Assembly: GCA_038880755.1 (NCBI GenBank)
Contig: JAVZRC010000003.1
Location: forward strand, 17,231-81,230
Origin: Candidatus Micrarchaeia archaeon
GTDB lineage: Archaea; Micrarchaeota; Micrarchaeia; CABMEP01
Length of the DNA stretch: 64,000 nucleotides
Direction: 5' to 3'
Part shown: positions 62,894 through 64,000 of the stretch, one piece after another
Position numbering within the stretch: position 1 is the first letter of the stretch
Layout: every line of letters starts with the position of its first letter
Program-made: the position numbers and the translations under genes
Notes under the pieces: generated by a model
Database searches by the model: none
What the model was told of the DNA's origin: nothing
The model's input: only the letters and a program-made list of their open reading frames with translations

Positions 62894-64000
62894 ATGATTC
62901 ATATAAATTATTCTAATTCCATTCCTATAGATTTAAAGAATTATGAAATAGTAGAAAGGAAAGGATTGGGCCATCCAGACACTCTAACAGATGGGATAAT
63001 AGAAGAAATAAGTAGGCAACTTTCCATTGAATATTTAAACAATTTTGGAAAGATAATTCATCACAATGTAGACAAAGCTATGATAACTGGAGGGGCGACA
63101 CACGTTGAATTTGGTGGCGGCCATTTCTTAAAACCAATCGACATAACATTAAGTGGTCGAGCCACCTCTCAAATAGGAAACACAGTAATTCCGGTTACTC
63201 AAATTGCAATAAAGGCAACACATCAATATCTAAAGAAGGTGGCTAGAAACCTTGGCGAATATGATTTTACAATCGAATCAAAGATTTCGCAAGGTTCACG
63301 TTCATTAACTTCTTTAGTGGAACCAAAAATGCCAAGATGTAACGACACATCAATTTGTGTAGGTTATGCTCCTCTTTCAGTTTTAGAAAGAACTGTCCTC
63401 CAAACTGAAAAGGAATTGAATTCTAAATCATTTAAATCAAAATATCCAGAAGTGGGAGAAGACATTAAAATTATGGGTTGCAGGATTAAGTCAAAAAAAG
63501 AGAATATCATCGAGCTAACAATTGCAGCTGCCTTTGTTTCTAAATACGTTTCTTCATTAAGCGATTACAATTCAAAGAAAGAAAGACTAAAGGAAAATGC
63601 CAAGAAAATAGCAGAAAGAATTGCAGGAAGTGATTATGAGGTAATAGTAAATGTGAACACTGCTGATAAGGGAAATAACGTTTATCTCACTGTTTCAGGA
63701 TTGAGCTGCGAGATGGGTGATGATGGAAGCGCAGGGAGAGGAAATAGAGCGAATGGTTTAATCTCTCCAACTAGAATAATGACTATGGAGGCAGTTGCAG
63801 GAAAGAATCCAGTGAGTCACATAGGAAAGATCTATTCTGTTCTTGCAAATAGAATTGCAAATGATATATGTGAACTTGGTGCAATTGAGTGTAACGTTTA
63901 TTTGCAATCAAAAATAGGCAACCCTATAAATAAGCCTGCAGCAGCAATTGCTGATATAATATGGGATAAAGAGAAAATAAAGGAAAATGAAAATAAAATA
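62894..64000 (+). CDS. mat: archaeal-type S-adenosylmethionine synthetase, 5' part (runs off the right edge)
   Basis: Open frame from ATG 62894 to the window end. [81 protein letters not shown] closely follow remembered M. jannaschii MAT. Confidence 0.85.
   Translation, partial: MIHINYSNSIPIDLKNYEIVERKGLGHPDTLTDGIIEEISRQLSIEYLNNFGKIIHHNVDKAMITGGATHVEFGGGHFLKPIDITLSGRATSQIGNTVIPVTQIAIKATHQYLKKVARNLGEYDFTIESKISQGSRSLTSLVEPKMPRCNDTSICVGYAPLSVLERTVLQTEKELNSKSFKSKYPEVGEDIKIMGCRIKSKKENIIELTIAAAFVSKYVSSLSDYNSKKERLKENAKKIAERIAGSDYEVIVNVNTADKGNNVYLTVSGLSCEMGDDGSAGRGNRANGLISPTRIMTMEAVAGKNPVSHIGKIYSVLANRIANDICELGAIECNVYLQSKIGNPINKPAAAIADIIWDKEKIKENENKI

Overview
Visibly AT-rich, gene-dense archaeal chromosome segment. 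Archaeal hallmarks are split rpoA and rpoB, aEF-2, L30e, L41e, fibrillarin, a C/D-box sRNA, archaeal-type SAM synthetase, tRNA-Tyr with C1:G72 and tRNA-His with an encoded G-1. The short proteins, Lys-rich extensions and degenerate enzymes suggest a small-genome (possibly DPANN-like) lineage, but that is inference. All calls were made by eye from the translated ORFs and remembered family motifs; no search or alignment was run. Contents, left to right: PPDK 3' end, a GT2 glycosyltransferase, then the minus-strand operon rpoH-rpoB2-rpoB1-rpoA1-rpoA2-L30e-nusA-S12-S7-EF2. Next come a Roadblock/KaiC-like pair, LonB, an NFACT-R-only protein, spt4-rpoE', a PIN protein, a degenerate P-type ATPase homologue and DUF373. 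Then csl4-rpoL-DUF99, tRNA-Ala, an MFS transporter, signal peptidase, two tandem ftsZ genes, DUF134, sua5 and an EF-Tu-like protein with a degenerate G domain. Then an EncFtn-like half-ferritin, a response regulator with a 1030-aa multi-PAS histidine kinase, tRNA-His, tyrS and an untracked L41e gene. Then a ThiF-like E1, endonuclease IV, a NifS paralogue lacking the PLP lysine, class II RNR and kae1-DAC-bud32. Then a C/D-box sRNA, a Na/Pi transporter, cobO, a Cys-rich HTH gene with iscS-iscU, tRNA-Arg and fibrillarin. Finally membrane-anchored thioredoxin-fold proteins, tRNA-Tyr, tRNA-Asp, a Kazal-like protein, PolX, thrS and a TPR-AAA ATPase carrying a 488-aa intein in its P-loop, followed by the SAM synthetase 5' part. 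I saw no CRISPR array, transposase, integrase, RM or obvious toxin-antitoxin or defence island. The most unusual items are: (1) the P-type ATPase homologue with every catalytic motif replaced, co-oriented with DUF373 and PIN genes; (2) a diadenylate cyclase wedged between kae1 and bud32; (3) the ThiF-like/EndoIV/Lys-less NifS cluster; (4) all five tRNA genes interrupted, two at non-canonical positions and two sharing an identical intron hairpin; (5) the P-loop intein. None is proven to be a new system from sequence alone.
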